A program made the position numbers and the translations under genes. 64,000 nucleotides of DNA, from contig JBJBDC010000001.1 in NCBI GenBank assembly GCA_047285535.1, positions 192,136 through 256,135 of the forward strand, written 5' to 3'. Below, piece after piece: positions 30,186 through 41,844 of the stretch. How positions within the stretch are numbered: position 1 is the first letter of the stretch; the number at the start of each line of letters is the position of its first letter. Under the pieces are notes generated by a model, which was not told the DNA's origin, searched no databases, and was given only the letters and a program-made list of their open reading frames with translations. This DNA is from Synechococcus sp. (GTDB lineage Bacteria > Cyanobacteriota > Cyanobacteriia > PCC-6307 > Cyanobiaceae).

Positions 30186-30242
30186 TCCAAGATTACAGCG
30201 TGTCTCACCCTTCGAAAGCTTAATTCTGTTTGAGATCAACCC

Positions 30243-31406
30243 TTATTTCCCCATCCCCAGTTGCTGCGCTTTCTGATAAACCTTGCCTTCTGTGAGTAAG
30301 GATGGGGCGACCACGACCTCAACCTGTTGCATCTCTTTGATCGTACGAGCTCCAAGGGTTCCCATCGAGGTCTTGAGACAACCAAGAAGATTGTGCGTTC
30401 CGTCATCCAGTTTTGCTGGGCCACGCAGGATGCGCTCCAAGCTTCCGGTGCTCCCAACATTGATGCGGGTTCCACGAGGTAGCACTGGGCTCGGTGTTGC
30501 CATTCCCCAGTGGAATCCTCGACCAGGTGCTTCTTCAGCGCGTGCAATGGGAGATCCAATCATCACGGCATCCGCACCGCAGGCAATACATTTGCAAATA
30601 TCACCTCCAGTGACGATTCCGCCGTCGGCCACAATCGGAACGTACCTGCCGCTTTCTTTCTCAAAGTCTTCCCTGGCAGCGGCGCAATCGGCTACAGCCG
30701 TCGCTTGAGGGATTCCAACTCCCAGAACACCACGGGAGGTGCAGGCAGCGCCTGGACCAATGCCTACCATCACACCGGAGGCACCAGCGCGCATCAGTTG
30801 CAAGGCAACCTCGTAGGTGACGCAGTTTCCAATCACCACGGGAACGCCAAGGTCTCGGCATAACGCTTCGAGATTTAACGTCTCATGCCCTTCGGGACCG
30901 ATGTGGTCGGTGGAGACCACGGTGGCTTGAACAAAAAACAGATCTGCGCCAGCTTCTGCGATCGCCTCCCCATAGCGCAGGGCTGCAACTGGAGTTCCAC
31001 TTACGGCAGCAATTCCTCCCTTGGATTTAATCGATTCAATCCGTTTGCGGATCAGGCTTTCCTGAATTGGTTTGCTGTAGATCTCCTGCATCAAAGGCAC
31101 AAATTCATCCTTGCCAACGGCTGTGATCCGATCAAGAGCGGTTGTGGGGTCTTCGTAGCGAGTTTGAATACCTTCCAGGTTCAAAACTCCAAGTGCACCA
31201 AGTTCAGACAGTTGCACTGCCACGCCCACATCAACAACGCCGTCCATGGCACTCGCAATGATTGGGATATTGCGAGTGATGCCTCCGATCGACCAGCTTG
31301 TGTCGGTGATCTCAGGGTCAACCGTTCGACCTCCTGGAACTAGGGCAATCTCATCGATGCCATAGGCCCGGCGAACAACTTTTGATCGTCCGAGCTGAAT
31401 GTCCAC
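30243..31406 (-). CDS. guaB: IMP dehydrogenase family protein (GuaB3 type)
   Basis: ASAMDGV, GIGPGAACTSR, ADGGI and GADAVMIGS. Confidence 0.94.
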   Translation of the reverse strand: MDIQLGRSKVVRRAYGIDEIALVPGGRTVDPEITDTSWSIGGITRNIPIIASAMDGVVDVGVAVQLSELGALGVLNLEGIQTRYEDPTTALDRITAVGKDEFVPLMQEIYSKPIQESLIRKRIESIKSKGGIAAVSGTPVAALRYGEAIAEAGADLFFVQATVVSTDHIGPEGHETLNLEALCRDLGVPVVIGNCVTYEVALQLMRAGASGVMVGIGPGAACTSRGVLGVGIPQATAVADCAAAREDFEKESGRYVPIVADGGIVTGGDICKCIACGADAVMIGSPIARAEEAPGRGFHWGMATPSPVLPRGTRINVGSTGSLERILRGPAKLDDGTHNLLGCLKTSMGTLGARTIKEMQQVEVVVAPSLLTEGKVYQKAQQLGMGK

Positions 31407-31466
31407 CGTTTGTCGTACTCAAGATCAGGACAAACTAACAACCGGTGAACCAGTTGATCGCAGCGA

Positions 31467-32108
31467 TCAGGAAAGATCAGAGCCACGGAAGGCGCCCCAA
31501 ATTCCGCTGATGTTTTTTAGAAGTGTTTTTCTCTCTTCGCTACGGATGAGTTTCGTCGCCGAGAACCAGATCAGCCAGCCGAGGCCTACCAGTTCAAACA
31601 TCCGTGGAACGAGAGGGATACTGTCAATTGCCGCCAGGATTCCGCTGTAGATTCTGATGAGCAAAGTCAGGACAATTAAGCCAATAATCAAATAGATGGG
31701 TCTACGGGAGCGTTTCCAGAGTTCAACCAGGTTGTTCTCTTGCCACCATTGACGAACTTTGGCGGTGAGCAGATCCCACTCACCACCACTGCTGGATGTG
31801 TCGTCTTTGTCTTCTGTAGCAGTCGCCGATACTTCAATACGTTCAGCGATTGCTTCTGATTCAGTTGGTGTTGCAACTTCAGATGGTGTTGCAACTTCAG
31901 ATGGTGTTGCAACGGAATCTTCAACTGGACCCCGCCCGATGAGTGAAGTGTTTTTGCTTGGGGCAACTGAATCGAGTGGCTCTGAGGCTGGAGGCTCAGC
32001 TGCTGAGGGCTTTGGGTCTTGCGTACCTGATTCGATCGGGTCGGTGCTTTTGATCTCCATCGACGGGGTGGAGTCTGGGGAAGCCGGATTGATCGGATCG
32101 GTTTCCAT
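31467..32108 (-). CDS. CAAD-domain (CURT1/CurT-like) membrane protein with a long acidic disordered N-terminus
   Basis: C-terminal ILAAIDSIPLVPRMFELVGLGWLIWF...R is the CAAD signature. Confidence 0.82.
   Translation of the reverse strand: METDPINPASPDSTPSMEIKSTDPIESGTQDPKPSAAEPPASEPLDSVAPSKNTSLIGRGPVEDSVATPSEVATPSEVATPTESEAIAERIEVSATATEDKDDTSSSGGEWDLLTAKVRQWWQENNLVELWKRSRRPIYLIIGLIVLTLLIRIYSGILAAIDSIPLVPRMFELVGLGWLIWFSATKLIRSEERKTLLKNISGIWGAFRGSDLS
31866..31913. repeat. In-frame 18-bp tandem repeat, about 2.7 copies (encodes VATPSE on the minus strand)
   Basis: TGGTGTTGCAACTTCAGA twice, then TGGTGTTGCAAC. Confidence 0.9.
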
Positions 32109-32238
32109 GGTGTGGTTAGCATTTAGCGGATAAGCAAGTTTAAAGGCGTTATCAAGTGCTGTTTTGAAGACGCAGCAAAAGCTGACCTTTGTGTTCTTCG
32201 TTCTCGCGATAAACTGATTTAAGGCAAATAGGTCTTGT

Positions 32239-34917
32239 ATGGCCGATCCAGTGGGACCCGGCAGCGGCGATCCCGGAGAATCCGAAGATCGGATCATCCA
32301 GACAGATTTGCGCAACGAAATGTCGCGCTCTTATCTGGAGTATGCGATGAGCGTGATCGTCGGGCGTGCTCTGCCCGACGCTCGTGATGGACTCAAGCCT
32401 GTACATCGGCGAATTCTTTACGCCATGTATGAGCTCGGGCTGACGAGCGATCGCCCTTACAGAAAGTGCGCGCGTGTAGTGGGCGAGGTGTTGGGTAAAT
32501 ATCACCCCCATGGGGACACAGCTGTTTATGACGCCCTGGTTCGGATGGCCCAGGACTTTTCCATGTCGATGCCCCTGATCGATGGACATGGGAATTTTGG
32601 TTCCGTCGATAACGATCCACCGGCGGCCATGCGATACACCGAATCGCGTTTGCAGGCTCTCACCACCGACAGCCTTCTAGAAGATATAGAGGCTGAAACG
32701 GTTGATTTTGCAGACAATTTCGATGGGTCGCAGCAGGAACCCACCGTTCTACCCTCGCGCATTCCTCAGCTCCTGCTCAATGGATCGGCTGGAATCGCGG
32801 TGGGTATGGCTACCAATATTCCTCCGCACAACCTTGGGGAACTCATTACGGGTCTGTTGGCCTTGATCCAGAACCCTGAGATCACGGATCAGGATCTGAT
32901 GGCATTGATCCCAGGGCCTGACTTTCCCACTGGCGGTCAGATCCTGGGTCGTAGCGGAATTCGAGAGACCTATCTCACTGGTCGCGGTTCGGTGACGATG
33001 CGTGGAGTTGCCGGGATTGAAACGATAGAGGCTCCAGGCAGGCCAGATCGTGATGCGGTCATCATCACGGCATTGCCGTATCAGACCAATAAGGCGGGGA
33101 TGATTGAACGCATCGCCGAAATGGTCAATGACAAGAAACTCGAGGGCATTTCCGATATTCGCGATGAGAGCGATCGAGATGGCATGCGAGTGGTCGTCGA
33201 GTTGCGGCGAGATGCCTATCCACAGGTCGTGCTCAACAACCTGTACAAACTGACCCCGCTTCAAACTAACTTCAGCGCCCACATGTTGGCGTTAGTTAAT
33301 GGTGAGCCGCTCTTGCTCACGTTGCGCAAGATGCTCGAGGTGTTCCTCGAGTTCAGAGTTGAAACGATTGAACGCCGCACCCGCTACCTGTTGCGAAAGG
33401 CTGAGGAGCGTGATCACATCCTGTTGGGCTTGTTACTCGCTCTGGATCAGCTGGATCCCATCATTGCTCTGATTCGGGCAGCACCTGATACAGCAACGGC
33501 TCGCGACCAGCTGCAAGAGCGCCATGGCCTCTCTTTGGTCCAAGCTGATGCCATTTTGCAGATGCAACTGAGGCGTCTCACAGCCTTAGAAGCTGACAAG
33601 ATTCGCCTTGAACACGAGGATCTGGTTACAAAGATCGCTGATTACAAGGACATCCTTGGCCGCCGTGAGCGGGTGTTCGGGATCATCGAAGATGAGCTTG
33701 GCCAGCTGCGTGATCGCCATGCCGTTCCTCGCCGCACCGAAATCCTCGATCTCGCTGGTGGCCTGGAAGACATAGATCTGATCGCCAATGAGCGTTCTGT
33801 GGTGCTGCTCACTGAAACGGGTTATCTCAAGAGGATGCCTGTCAGCGAATTTGAAGCCACCAGTCGTGGCACTCGCGGTAAAGCAGGCACGCGCAGTCAA
33901 GGCGAAGAGGCCGTGAAGCTTTTCATTGGTTGCAATGACCATGACACCTTGCTGTTGTTCAGCGATCGCGGTGTGTCGTATGCCGTCCCGGCTTATCGAG
34001 TGCCCCAGTGCAGCCGAACTGCGAAGGGCACTCCAATCGTGCAGCTGTTGCCGATTCCTCGGGAAGAAGCGATTACGTCGTTGCTGGCCGTGTCGGAGTT
34101 CAACGATGACACTGACTTGCTGATGCTCACTACCGGTGGATACATCAAGCGCACCCGGCTTTCGGCCTTCAGCAACATCCGCTCAAACGGTTTGATTGCG
34201 ATTGGTTTGGAAGAGGGCGACGCTCTCACTTGGGTTCGTTTAGCTGTGCCAGGAGACAGCGTCCTGATTGGCTCACGTGCGGGAATGACGATTCACTTCC
34301 GGCTCAGTGATCACGAGTTGCGTCCCCTAGGCCGAACAGCTCGAGGTGTGCGCTCGATGAATTTGCGTGAGGGCGACAGCTTGGTGAGTATGGATGTGTT
34401 GCCGGCAGAGTTGGCTGATCAAATCGCTGCCAGTGCCGATGAGGATGAAGTGGGAAGTGATGGCGGAGAATCCGCTGCAGCCGAGGGCCCTTGGGTTTTG
34501 GTGGCCTCGGCCTCCGGTCTAGGGAAACGGGTGCCGGTGACCCAGTTCCGTTTGCAGAAACGGGCTGGGATGGGGCTGCGCGCGATGAAGTTCCGCACCG
34601 ACGCCGATGAGCTTGTGGGTTTACGAGTGCTGGGAGCCGGAGAAGAGCTGCTGCTGGTGAGTGAAAAGGGAGTGATTGTGCGCACTGGCGCTGATGCCAT
34701 TCCCCAGCAATCCCGTGCAGCCACTGGCGTTCGCTTGCAGCGGCTGGATAAGGGCGACCGTTTAGCCGATGTGGTGCTGGTTCCACCTGAGGCCGAAACG
34801 GATGACGACACAGAATGCGATTCCGCCGGTAACCCCAACATTGATAGCGCACCTGATTTGGATGCTGAACAGGCATCCACCCCAGAAGAGTCGTCTGAAC
34901 CATCAGCTGAGGGTTGA
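32239..34917 (+). CDS. gyrA: DNA gyrase subunit A
   Basis: [23 protein letters not shown], catalytic AAMRYTE, beta-pinwheel repeats and an acidic tail. Confidence 0.96.
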   Translation: MADPVGPGSGDPGESEDRIIQTDLRNEMSRSYLEYAMSVIVGRALPDARDGLKPVHRRILYAMYELGLTSDRPYRKCARVVGEVLGKYHPHGDTAVYDALVRMAQDFSMSMPLIDGHGNFGSVDNDPPAAMRYTESRLQALTTDSLLEDIEAETVDFADNFDGSQQEPTVLPSRIPQLLLNGSAGIAVGMATNIPPHNLGELITGLLALIQNPEITDQDLMALIPGPDFPTGGQILGRSGIRETYLTGRGSVTMRGVAGIETIEAPGRPDRDAVIITALPYQTNKAGMIERIAEMVNDKKLEGISDIRDESDRDGMRVVVELRRDAYPQVVLNNLYKLTPLQTNFSAHMLALVNGEPLLLTLRKMLEVFLEFRVETIERRTRYLLRKAEERDHILLGLLLALDQLDPIIALIRAAPDTATARDQLQERHGLSLVQADAILQMQLRRLTALEADKIRLEHEDLVTKIADYKDILGRRERVFGIIEDELGQLRDRHAVPRRTEILDLAGGLEDIDLIANERSVVLLTETGYLKRMPVSEFEATSRGTRGKAGTRSQGEEAVKLFIGCNDHDTLLLFSDRGVSYAVPAYRVPQCSRTAKGTPIVQLLPIPREEAITSLLAVSEFNDDTDLLMLTTGGYIKRTRLSAFSNIRSNGLIAIGLEEGDALTWVRLAVPGDSVLIGSRAGMTIHFRLSDHELRPLGRTARGVRSMNLREGDSLVSMDVLPAELADQIAASADEDEVGSDGGESAAAEGPWVLVASASGLGKRVPVTQFRLQKRAGMGLRAMKFRTDADELVGLRVLGAGEELLLVSEKGVIVRTGADAIPQQSRAATGVRLQRLDKGDRLADVVLVPPEAETDDDTECDSAGNPNIDSAPDLDAEQASTPEESSEPSAEG

Positions 34918-36161
34918 CCTTGGCGGATTGCTCGGATGTTTTGGTGATTGGGGGCGGTCCTGCCGCCCTTTGCATCAGCTCAGAACTGCATCGGCTCGGG
35001 GTTTTGGTGGAGGGAATTGCACCGAATGCGGTGGATGCACCTTGGTCGAACACCTATGGGATCTGGGCGAAGGAACTGGAGCTGTTGGGTCTCGAACATT
35101 TGCTCGAGCACCGCTGGAGCAACACGGTGAGTTTTTATGGCGCTGGTGGTTCGGATTCAGAAGATCAACCAACGGCACATGGGCTGGATTACGGGCTGTT
35201 CGATCGCCAAAAGCTTCAGCGGCATTGGCTGGGTTATTGCCAGGGAATGATCTGGCATCAAGACAGTGTTCAGCGCATCGAGTTGCAGGGTGATGTCACC
35301 AGCGTGCATTGCATCTCGGGGGTGCAGCACTTGGCTCGGGTGGTGATTGATGCATCAGGGCATCGCAGTTCCCATATCCGTCGGCCAGATCAGGGCCCAG
35401 TGGCCGCCCAGGCTGCCTATGGCGTGGTGGGTCGATTTAGCAACCCTCCGGTCGATCCAGGTCGATTTGTGCTGATGGATTTCCGTTGTGATCACCTCAC
35501 GGCTGTGCAACGCAATGAACCTCCCACTTTTTTGTATGCAATGGATTTTGGTGAGGGGGTGTTTTTTGTGGAGGAAACATCATTGGCTTCAGCACCCGCT
35601 GTGCCGGAAGGTGTTTTGAAGCAAAGGCTTGAGCAACGCCTGACTAAAGCTGGTGTTGCAATCACCGAAGTGATGGAAGAAGAGCATTGTTTGTTCCCGA
35701 TGAACTTGCCGTTGCCTGATTTCGATCAGCCTGTGTTGGCCTTTGGGGGTGCAGCGAGCATGGTGCACCCTGCTTCTGGCTACATGGTGGGAGCGTTATT
35801 GAGGCGTGGACCGGGATTAGCAGATGCTCTGGCCGAAGCATTGAAACAACGCCCCTCCCTTGGATCAGCAGGGCTCGCACGCTTGGGTTGGCAAGCTCTT
35901 TGGCCTAGGGAGTTGGTGCTCCGCCACCAATTGTTTCAGTTTGGACTGGGCCGCTTGATGGGCTTCGATGAGATGTTGCTGCGCAGGCACTTCACCAGTT
36001 TTTTTCAATTGCCGCAAGAGGAGTGGATTGGTTTTCTCACGAATACGTTGCCATTGCATAGGTTGATGGGCGTAATGCTGCGTCTCTTTGCAATTGCTCC
36101 TTGGGATGTGCGGCGGGGATTGGTTCTGGGAGCGCCAAACAGTCAAATAAAATCCTCATGA
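34914..36161 (+). CDS. crtL: Lycopene cyclase (CrtL type)
   Basis: GGGPA FAD motif, [29 protein letters not shown] and MVHPASGY. Confidence 0.93.
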   Translation: MTLADCSDVLVIGGGPAALCISSELHRLGVLVEGIAPNAVDAPWSNTYGIWAKELELLGLEHLLEHRWSNTVSFYGAGGSDSEDQPTAHGLDYGLFDRQKLQRHWLGYCQGMIWHQDSVQRIELQGDVTSVHCISGVQHLARVVIDASGHRSSHIRRPDQGPVAAQAAYGVVGRFSNPPVDPGRFVLMDFRCDHLTAVQRNEPPTFLYAMDFGEGVFFVEETSLASAPAVPEGVLKQRLEQRLTKAGVAITEVMEEEHCLFPMNLPLPDFDQPVLAFGGAASMVHPASGYMVGALLRRGPGLADALAEALKQRPSLGSAGLARLGWQALWPRELVLRHQLFQFGLGRLMGFDEMLLRRHFTSFFQLPQEEWIGFLTNTLPLHRLMGVMLRLFAIAPWDVRRGLVLGAPNSQIKSS

Positions 36162-36249
36162 TTGATTGCTTTTCAGTTATGGCTATGTGATCAAAATTCT
36201 GGCTTAAATAAAAGAATGATGGTTGTTGTGATCAGTGGATCTTGAGTGC

Positions 36250-37830
36250 TTACTTTGTTCTTTTGAAGATGACTCGCTTCCAGTCCGCAGGCTGAATTAG
36301 GGGGAAGAGAGAATCTTCTGTTTCGACGTCTTTGAGCCACGACTCATTCAATGTTTTTTGCCCATCGATGTAGGCCATTAATGTCCAAAACCGATCTAAG
36401 TGCCGCTCGATTCTTTCTTTGGCTAAATCGGTTGTGGTGCCTGCACGCAGGATGAAGCTCCAGTCCGAAGACTGTGCTAAAAGCAGTTCACGTCCTGCTT
36501 GATTCAGCAGGCGCAGGCCGAGTTCACTTCCCACCCCTCGGCTGCAGCGTTCTTTCATTGCGAGGCCGGCGCGGCTCCATTCCGGAATAATCCAGGCATT
36601 ACTTTCATTGAGCCAATAATCGTGGAAGCCTCCTTGGCCCCAGCTAGAGGGGGAGGGCTCACAAATTTGCAAATGGGGTTTTTGCTTCAGAAAGCCACGG
36701 AGGGTCGTGAAGTTGACCTTTTGCTCAGGTCCTTGCCTGAAGATCTCAGCAAGAAAGGATGGTCCCTCATACCACCAGTGTCCAAAAAGTTCGGCATCGA
36801 ACGGTGCCACTAACAATGGAGCTGTTTCCATCCGGGCCTCGAGGCCATCGAGCTGGTTTCGCCGCCCCTCTAGGTAATGCTTGGCGTGCTCTTTGGTACG
36901 GGTGGCAGCTAGGTCTGGCTCGTAGGGCTGTTTGGCATCAAGAGAAGCCTGTTGGTCGCTGACGCGATGCAGCTTGAGACCTAAAGGACGCTGGATTGGT
37001 AGTCCACAGGCTTCGATCTGCTCTTGGGGTAGATCCCAGCCCAGATCACGGTGAAATTCGCGATAGGTTGGATCACCTGGGTAGCCGTCACGTGCTGACC
37101 AAACCGGCAATGTCGCATCGCTGTCGCGACCGAAAAAAGCCACACCCTGGCGACTGCAGATCGGTGCATAAACTCCATATCTTGGTCGTGGCTTGGCATG
37201 GAGGAGTCCGTGGCCATCAAGCACTGCATAACGCAACCCGGCATCGCGCATCCATAGATCCAGGCCTTCGTAGTAGGCGCATTCTGGAAGCCATATTCCT
37301 TGTGGTCGTTCTCCTATTAGCCTGTGGTGTTCGCGAACAGCGGTGCGCAACTGGGCACGTATCGCCTCCGGATGTTCCCTAAGTAGCGGCATGTAGCCGT
37401 GGGTTGCACCGCAGGTCAGAAGGTCGAGTACCCCTTTTTGTTGCAGGGCACCGAAACGGCTGATCAGATCACCGTTGCTGTTTTGCCAGCTCAGGAGGTA
37501 GTGCTCAAAACAGCCCTTGAGGTGCAGAGCGGCTGCTTTGTGATCTCTGGGAGCTTGTTGAAGCAGCTGCAGACGTGTCTCAATCCAGGTGGGGAATCGT
37601 TGGTGGAGAGTGTTGTCAGTGAGAAGGGATAACAGGGTTGGAGAGATCCCCATTGTGAGGCCTGCGTTCTGTTTCGGGTCGGCTGCAGCGGCCTCAAGCA
37701 TCTCCAGTAACGGGAGATAGCACTCGATTAAAGCTTGAAAAAACCAGTCCTCTTCCAGTGAGTTTTCTTCGTTTGCCCGCACGTAGGGCAGGTGTGCATG
37801 GAGAACAAGGGCTAGTGCTCCTTGGGCCAA
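36250..37830 (-). CDS. Glycoside hydrolase family 57 (branching-enzyme type)
   Basis: LHAHLPY, THGYMPL, GIWLPECAY, PFDAELFGHWWYEG and AQSSDWSF. Confidence 0.93.
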   Translation of the reverse strand: MAQGALALVLHAHLPYVRANEENSLEEDWFFQALIECYLPLLEMLEAAAADPKQNAGLTMGISPTLLSLLTDNTLHQRFPTWIETRLQLLQQAPRDHKAAALHLKGCFEHYLLSWQNSNGDLISRFGALQQKGVLDLLTCGATHGYMPLLREHPEAIRAQLRTAVREHHRLIGERPQGIWLPECAYYEGLDLWMRDAGLRYAVLDGHGLLHAKPRPRYGVYAPICSRQGVAFFGRDSDATLPVWSARDGYPGDPTYREFHRDLGWDLPQEQIEACGLPIQRPLGLKLHRVSDQQASLDAKQPYEPDLAATRTKEHAKHYLEGRRNQLDGLEARMETAPLLVAPFDAELFGHWWYEGPSFLAEIFRQGPEQKVNFTTLRGFLKQKPHLQICEPSPSSWGQGGFHDYWLNESNAWIIPEWSRAGLAMKERCSRGVGSELGLRLLNQAGRELLLAQSSDWSFILRAGTTTDLAKERIERHLDRFWTLMAYIDGQKTLNESWLKDVETEDSLFPLIQPADWKRVIFKRTK

Positions 37831-37961
37831 TGCTCACTCTCGCTATCAGTCATGTGAATGTACCGGTATTTCTGCCAGAAGCTGTTCGCTCGTAAAGCCC
37901 ATCTCGCTTAGAGTGAAATAACTCATAGTCATTCCGACTAAAACCCTTCGAGGCTTTAGCC

Positions 37962-39584
37962 ATGGCCAAGGACCCAGGCCGCGTATTGATCTTCGACACG
38001 ACCCTGCGGGATGGTGAGCAATCCCCTGGAGCCAGCCTCAATCTTGAGGAGAAGTTGGCGATTGCGCAGCAACTGGCACGTCTTGGTGTTGATGTCATTG
38101 AGGCTGGCTTCCCTTTCGCCAGTCCTGGTGATTTTTCTGCTGTGCAACGCATCGCCCAGCAGGTGGGCGGCGAGAAGGGCCCCACAATCTGTGGTTTGGC
38201 CCGTGCTTCTCGTGGTGACATCAAAGCTTGCGCTGAGGCCGTCTCTCCAGCACCCAAGCGGCGTATTCATACCTTTATCGCGACCAGCGATATTCATCTC
38301 GAACACAAATTACGCAAAAGCCGCAAAGACGTACTGGGAATCGTTCCAGAGATGGTGGCCTACGCCCGGTCATTTGTGGATGATGTTGAATTTTCCTGTG
38401 AAGATGCAGGGCGCAGTGATCCTGAGTTCCTGTATGAGGTGATCGAAGCGGCGATTGCTGCTGGTGCCAGCACCGTCAATATTCCAGACACGGTTGGCTA
38501 TGCCACACCGTCTGAGTTTGGGCGTTTGATTGAAAGTATTAATCGCCATGTGCCCAACATCGATGAAGCCGTGATTTCGGTGCATGGCCATAACGATCTG
38601 GGGCTAGCAGTGGCCAACTTCCTAGAGGCTGTCAAATCTGGAGCCCGACAGCTGGAGTGCACCGTCAATGGCATCGGCGAACGAGCCGGTAACGCGGCTT
38701 TAGAGGAGTTAGTGATGGCCATGCATGTGCGTCGGCGCTACTTCAATCCTTTCTTTGGTCGTAGGGAGGATTCACCAACGCCACTCACCGCTGTTCGTAC
38801 TGAGGAAATCACTAAAACCTCCCGCTTGGTGTCGAACCTCACCGGCATGGTGGTGCAACCCAACAAAGCGATTGTGGGTGCCAATGCCTTCGCCCATGAA
38901 TCTGGTATTCATCAAGACGGTGTGCTGAAAAACAGGCTCACCTATGAAATCGTGGATGCCCGCACCGTTGGGCTCACCGACAACAGGATCTCCTTAGGCA
39001 AACTCAGCGGCCGGAGCGCTGTTCGGGCTCGTCTCGAAGAGCTCGGCTATGACTTGAGCCGTGAAGACCTTGATGATGCCTTTGCTCGCTTCAAGGATCT
39101 TGCTGATCGCAAACGGGAGATCTCCGATCGTGATCTTGAGTCGATCGTCAGTGTTCAGGTCCAACAGCCCGATGCCCGTTATCAGCTCAAGCTGGTGCAG
39201 GTGAGCTGTGGCAGCAGCCTTCAACCGACAGCTACCGTCTCCCTGTGCGATGAAAATGGCCAGGAGCAAACCGCAGCATCCATCGGCACTGGACCAGTGG
39301 ATGCGGTTTGTCGCGCACTCAACCAATTAGCGGGTGAACCCAACGAATTGGTTGAGTTTTCAGTGAAGTCCGTCACTGAAGGAATTGATGCCATGGGAGA
39401 TGTGACCATTCGTCTGCGTCGCGATGGACAGCTCTATTCAGGACATTCCGCCGATACCGATGTGGTGGTTGCCGCAGCAGAGGCGTTTGTGAATGCCTTG
39501 AATCGCCTGGTTGCAGGCGCGGCAGGCCCCTCGATTCATCCGCAAAGGGACATGGCTGTGCTTGATGTCAGCCCCATTCGCTAG
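37962..39584 (+). CDS. leuA: 2-isopropylmalate synthase
   Basis: [34 protein letters not shown] and a regulatory domain (GPVDA). Confidence 0.97.
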   Translation: MAKDPGRVLIFDTTLRDGEQSPGASLNLEEKLAIAQQLARLGVDVIEAGFPFASPGDFSAVQRIAQQVGGEKGPTICGLARASRGDIKACAEAVSPAPKRRIHTFIATSDIHLEHKLRKSRKDVLGIVPEMVAYARSFVDDVEFSCEDAGRSDPEFLYEVIEAAIAAGASTVNIPDTVGYATPSEFGRLIESINRHVPNIDEAVISVHGHNDLGLAVANFLEAVKSGARQLECTVNGIGERAGNAALEELVMAMHVRRRYFNPFFGRREDSPTPLTAVRTEEITKTSRLVSNLTGMVVQPNKAIVGANAFAHESGIHQDGVLKNRLTYEIVDARTVGLTDNRISLGKLSGRSAVRARLEELGYDLSREDLDDAFARFKDLADRKREISDRDLESIVSVQVQQPDARYQLKLVQVSCGSSLQPTATVSLCDENGQEQTAASIGTGPVDAVCRALNQLAGEPNELVEFSVKSVTEGIDAMGDVTIRLRRDGQLYSGHSADTDVVVAAAEAFVNALNRLVAGAAGPSIHPQRDMAVLDVSPIR

Positions 39585-39589
39585 GGCCG

Positions 39590-40426
39590 ATGTCACTCAA
39601 ATTCACCCTGCGCCCTGCCCCTGTTCTGCAGTTGTTGCTTCTGATCCTTCTGGCACTTGCAGTCCTCGTTCCTCTGCTTTGGCTCGTGAGCACCTCTCTC
39701 AAAGGTCCTATGGAGGACATTTTTACTAGCCCGCCTTCTCTCTTCCCGACCCAGCCCAGCCTTGATGCCTATTCCCGGCTGTTTCGGGATAACCCTCTCT
39801 GGACTTACATCTTCAATAGTTCAGTCGTCAGCTTCTTGGCGGTGGTCGCGAACCTCTTGTTTTGCTCACTGGCGGCTTACCCGTTAGCGCGGATGCACTT
39901 TTTTGGCCGTGGTCTCGTGTTGGCTCTGGTGGTGGCCACCATCCTCATTCCATTTCAGGTTGTGATGATTCCGCTCTACCTGCTGATGGTTCAGCTGGGT
40001 TTACGCAACACCTTGCTGGCTCTTGTGATCCCTCAAGCGGCTACTGCCTTCGGACTCTATCTCTTGCGACAAAGCTTTCTTGGAGTTCCTGTTGAGTTAG
40101 AGGAGGCCGCACGTATCGATGGCTGCAGCAAGCTTGGTGAGTGGTGGAACGTGATGATTCCAGCGGCAAAGGCTGATCTCATCACGCTAGCGATGTTTGT
40201 GTTTATTGGTACCTGGAGCGACTTCCTCTGGCCACTCGTCATTCTTGATGATCCGGCTCTTTTCACCCTCCCTCTTGGACTTCAGCAGTTGGCCAGCAGC
40301 TTTTCCCTCGATTGGAGGATTGTTGCCGCTGGCTCTGTTGTTTCGATCTTGCCGGTCTTAATCATGTTTGTGCTGCTCCAGCGCTTCATCCTTCCCAATG
40401 CCAGTGGTGATGCTGTTAAGGGATAG
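39590..40426 (+). CDS. Carbohydrate ABC transporter permease
   Basis: EEAARIDG EAA loop, W-DFLWPL and TLPLGL. Confidence 0.92.
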   Translation: MSLKFTLRPAPVLQLLLLILLALAVLVPLLWLVSTSLKGPMEDIFTSPPSLFPTQPSLDAYSRLFRDNPLWTYIFNSSVVSFLAVVANLLFCSLAAYPLARMHFFGRGLVLALVVATILIPFQVVMIPLYLLMVQLGLRNTLLALVIPQAATAFGLYLLRQSFLGVPVELEEAARIDGCSKLGEWWNVMIPAAKADLITLAMFVFIGTWSDFLWPLVILDDPALFTLPLGLQQLASSFSLDWRIVAAGSVVSILPVLIMFVLLQRFILPNASGDAVKG

Positions 40427-40790
40427 GGATTAAGTCCATCGATGATTCTGACCTCTGTGAGAAGTCAAGGTCGAGATCGTCTGGCCTTGGCTTGACCGCT
40501 GGCTCCAGTCTGTTGAGAGGTTGACGCTCCTCATTGATCCACTGCTGCTGTGCTTCCCTCAACTCACCGATCTTGTTTTCGAGTGTCACTTGGCGGCGTT
40601 TCAGAAACTTCAACTGCTCCTCTAGGAGTTTGCTATTGCTCACACCAATGTTTCGTTCAAGCTCATTGAGTTGACGGCGCAGTGCACGAATGGAATCGCT
40701 TTGATGGCGCATTCCTTGCCAAAGCCCAATCATCAAGAGGCCCATTAGGGGAAATGCTGCTGCTTCGATGACCCGCCATCGTGAGCCCAT
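40416..40790 (-). CDS. Hypothetical protein with an N-terminal TM and coiled coil
   Basis: Hydrophobic N-terminus followed by a heptad-rich segment. Confidence 0.65.
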   Translation of the reverse strand: MGSRWRVIEAAAFPLMGLLMIGLWQGMRHQSDSIRALRRQLNELERNIGVSNSKLLEEQLKFLKRRQVTLENKIGELREAQQQWINEERQPLNRLEPAVKPRPDDLDLDFSQRSESSMDLIPIP

Positions 40791-40930
40791 GGTCAGATTT
40801 CTGGTGTTTCTTTTCTCAGCATGATTGTTGAAGTCAGTTCAGCAACGCTTAAAGGCGAGTGCAAGTTTTGCGATAGGAACGGATGAAGGGTGGGGTGGTG
40901 TTGTAGATCCATTTCAGTTGCTTTGAAGCT

Positions 40931-41176
40931 ATGTCTCTGAACGATCTCGATCGATTGCTTGAGTCGCGTGAACAGGATCCGGCTTTGGCTGAGCTCCTGG
41001 CCAAGCCATTGCCGCTGGAGGAGTTGATTGCCTTGGCCCAGTCCAGGGGGCTGACAATCACCGAAGAGGATGTGTTTCATGCCCAAGAACGTGAGCAAAC
41101 CAAAGCCAGCGCTGCTGATTTGCAACAAAAAATGGCTCCAGAATCCAGGCGGCTAAGGCACTTCATTCCTGGATAA
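40931..41176 (+). CDS. Nif11-like leader domain protein
   Basis: MS-DL-RLL...DPAL..L...EELIALAQSRGLTIT-ED pattern. Confidence 0.75.
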   Translation: MSLNDLDRLLESREQDPALAELLAKPLPLEELIALAQSRGLTITEEDVFHAQEREQTKASAADLQQKMAPESRRLRHFIPG

Positions 41177-41263
41177 AATAGAAAGCAACGTGTTTGCGAG
41201 TTCTGACGATCCAAGACTGCTGTAGCAAACCTCGTTAACAAGAAGATGAACTCTGTATGAGTC

Positions 41264-41545
41264 ATGGCTTCTTACACAATCAGCATCGAAGGCGGAACCA
41301 GCTTTAACTGCTCCGACGATCAATACATTCTTGACGCTGCAGAAGCGGAAGGCGTTGATTTGGCTTACTCCTGCCGTGCTGGCGCTTGCAGCACTTGTGC
41401 AGGAAAAATCCTTAACGGAAGCATTGATCAAGCAGACCAAAGCTTCCTTGATGACGATCAGATCTCTGAGGGTTTCGCCTTGCTATGTGTTAGCTATCCG
41501 CTGTCAGATTGCTCGATCAAGACGAACGTGGAAGACGAGCTTTAA
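41264..41545 (+). CDS. petF: Plant-type [2Fe-2S] ferredoxin
   Basis: [29 protein letters not shown] and LLCV-YP. Confidence 0.95.
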   Translation: MASYTISIEGGTSFNCSDDQYILDAAEAEGVDLAYSCRAGACSTCAGKILNGSIDQADQSFLDDDQISEGFALLCVSYPLSDCSIKTNVEDEL

Positions 41546-41748
41546 ACGAGCTTCACCACATCAGGAGTTTCTCCATGGGTCTCACCGATTAACAGGGCAT
41601 GGCTGACTGCTCCCTCATGGCTGTGAAAGCTCCATGCCGCATCGACATTGGAGACCCCTTCAATCGACTGAGTCTGGTTATTGAGACTTAAGTAGCTGCC
41701 ACTGCGGTTTTGACGAAGTACATAGCGTTCTGCAACAGGAGCTCTCAT
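41542..41748 (-). CDS. Small conserved hypothetical protein
   Basis: ERYVLR...YL...AW-FHSHEGA; convergent with petF. Confidence 0.6.
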   Translation of the reverse strand: MRAPVAERYVLRQNRSGSYLSLNNQTQSIEGVSNVDAAWSFHSHEGAVSHALLIGETHGETPDVVKLV

Positions 41749-41844
41749 GATGATTTCTTCAAGGCTTGATTCTGGGTTAGCGATAGCTGAAGCGGCATCT
41801 TTCGCTCTACAGGATTTCCTAGGTTTTCAATGTCAAGGAAGTTA

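Noticed and set aside
40931..41176. Prochlorosin/lanthipeptide precursor interpretation of the Nif11-like ORF
   Set aside because: No double-glycine site, no Cys, and no modifying enzyme in the window.
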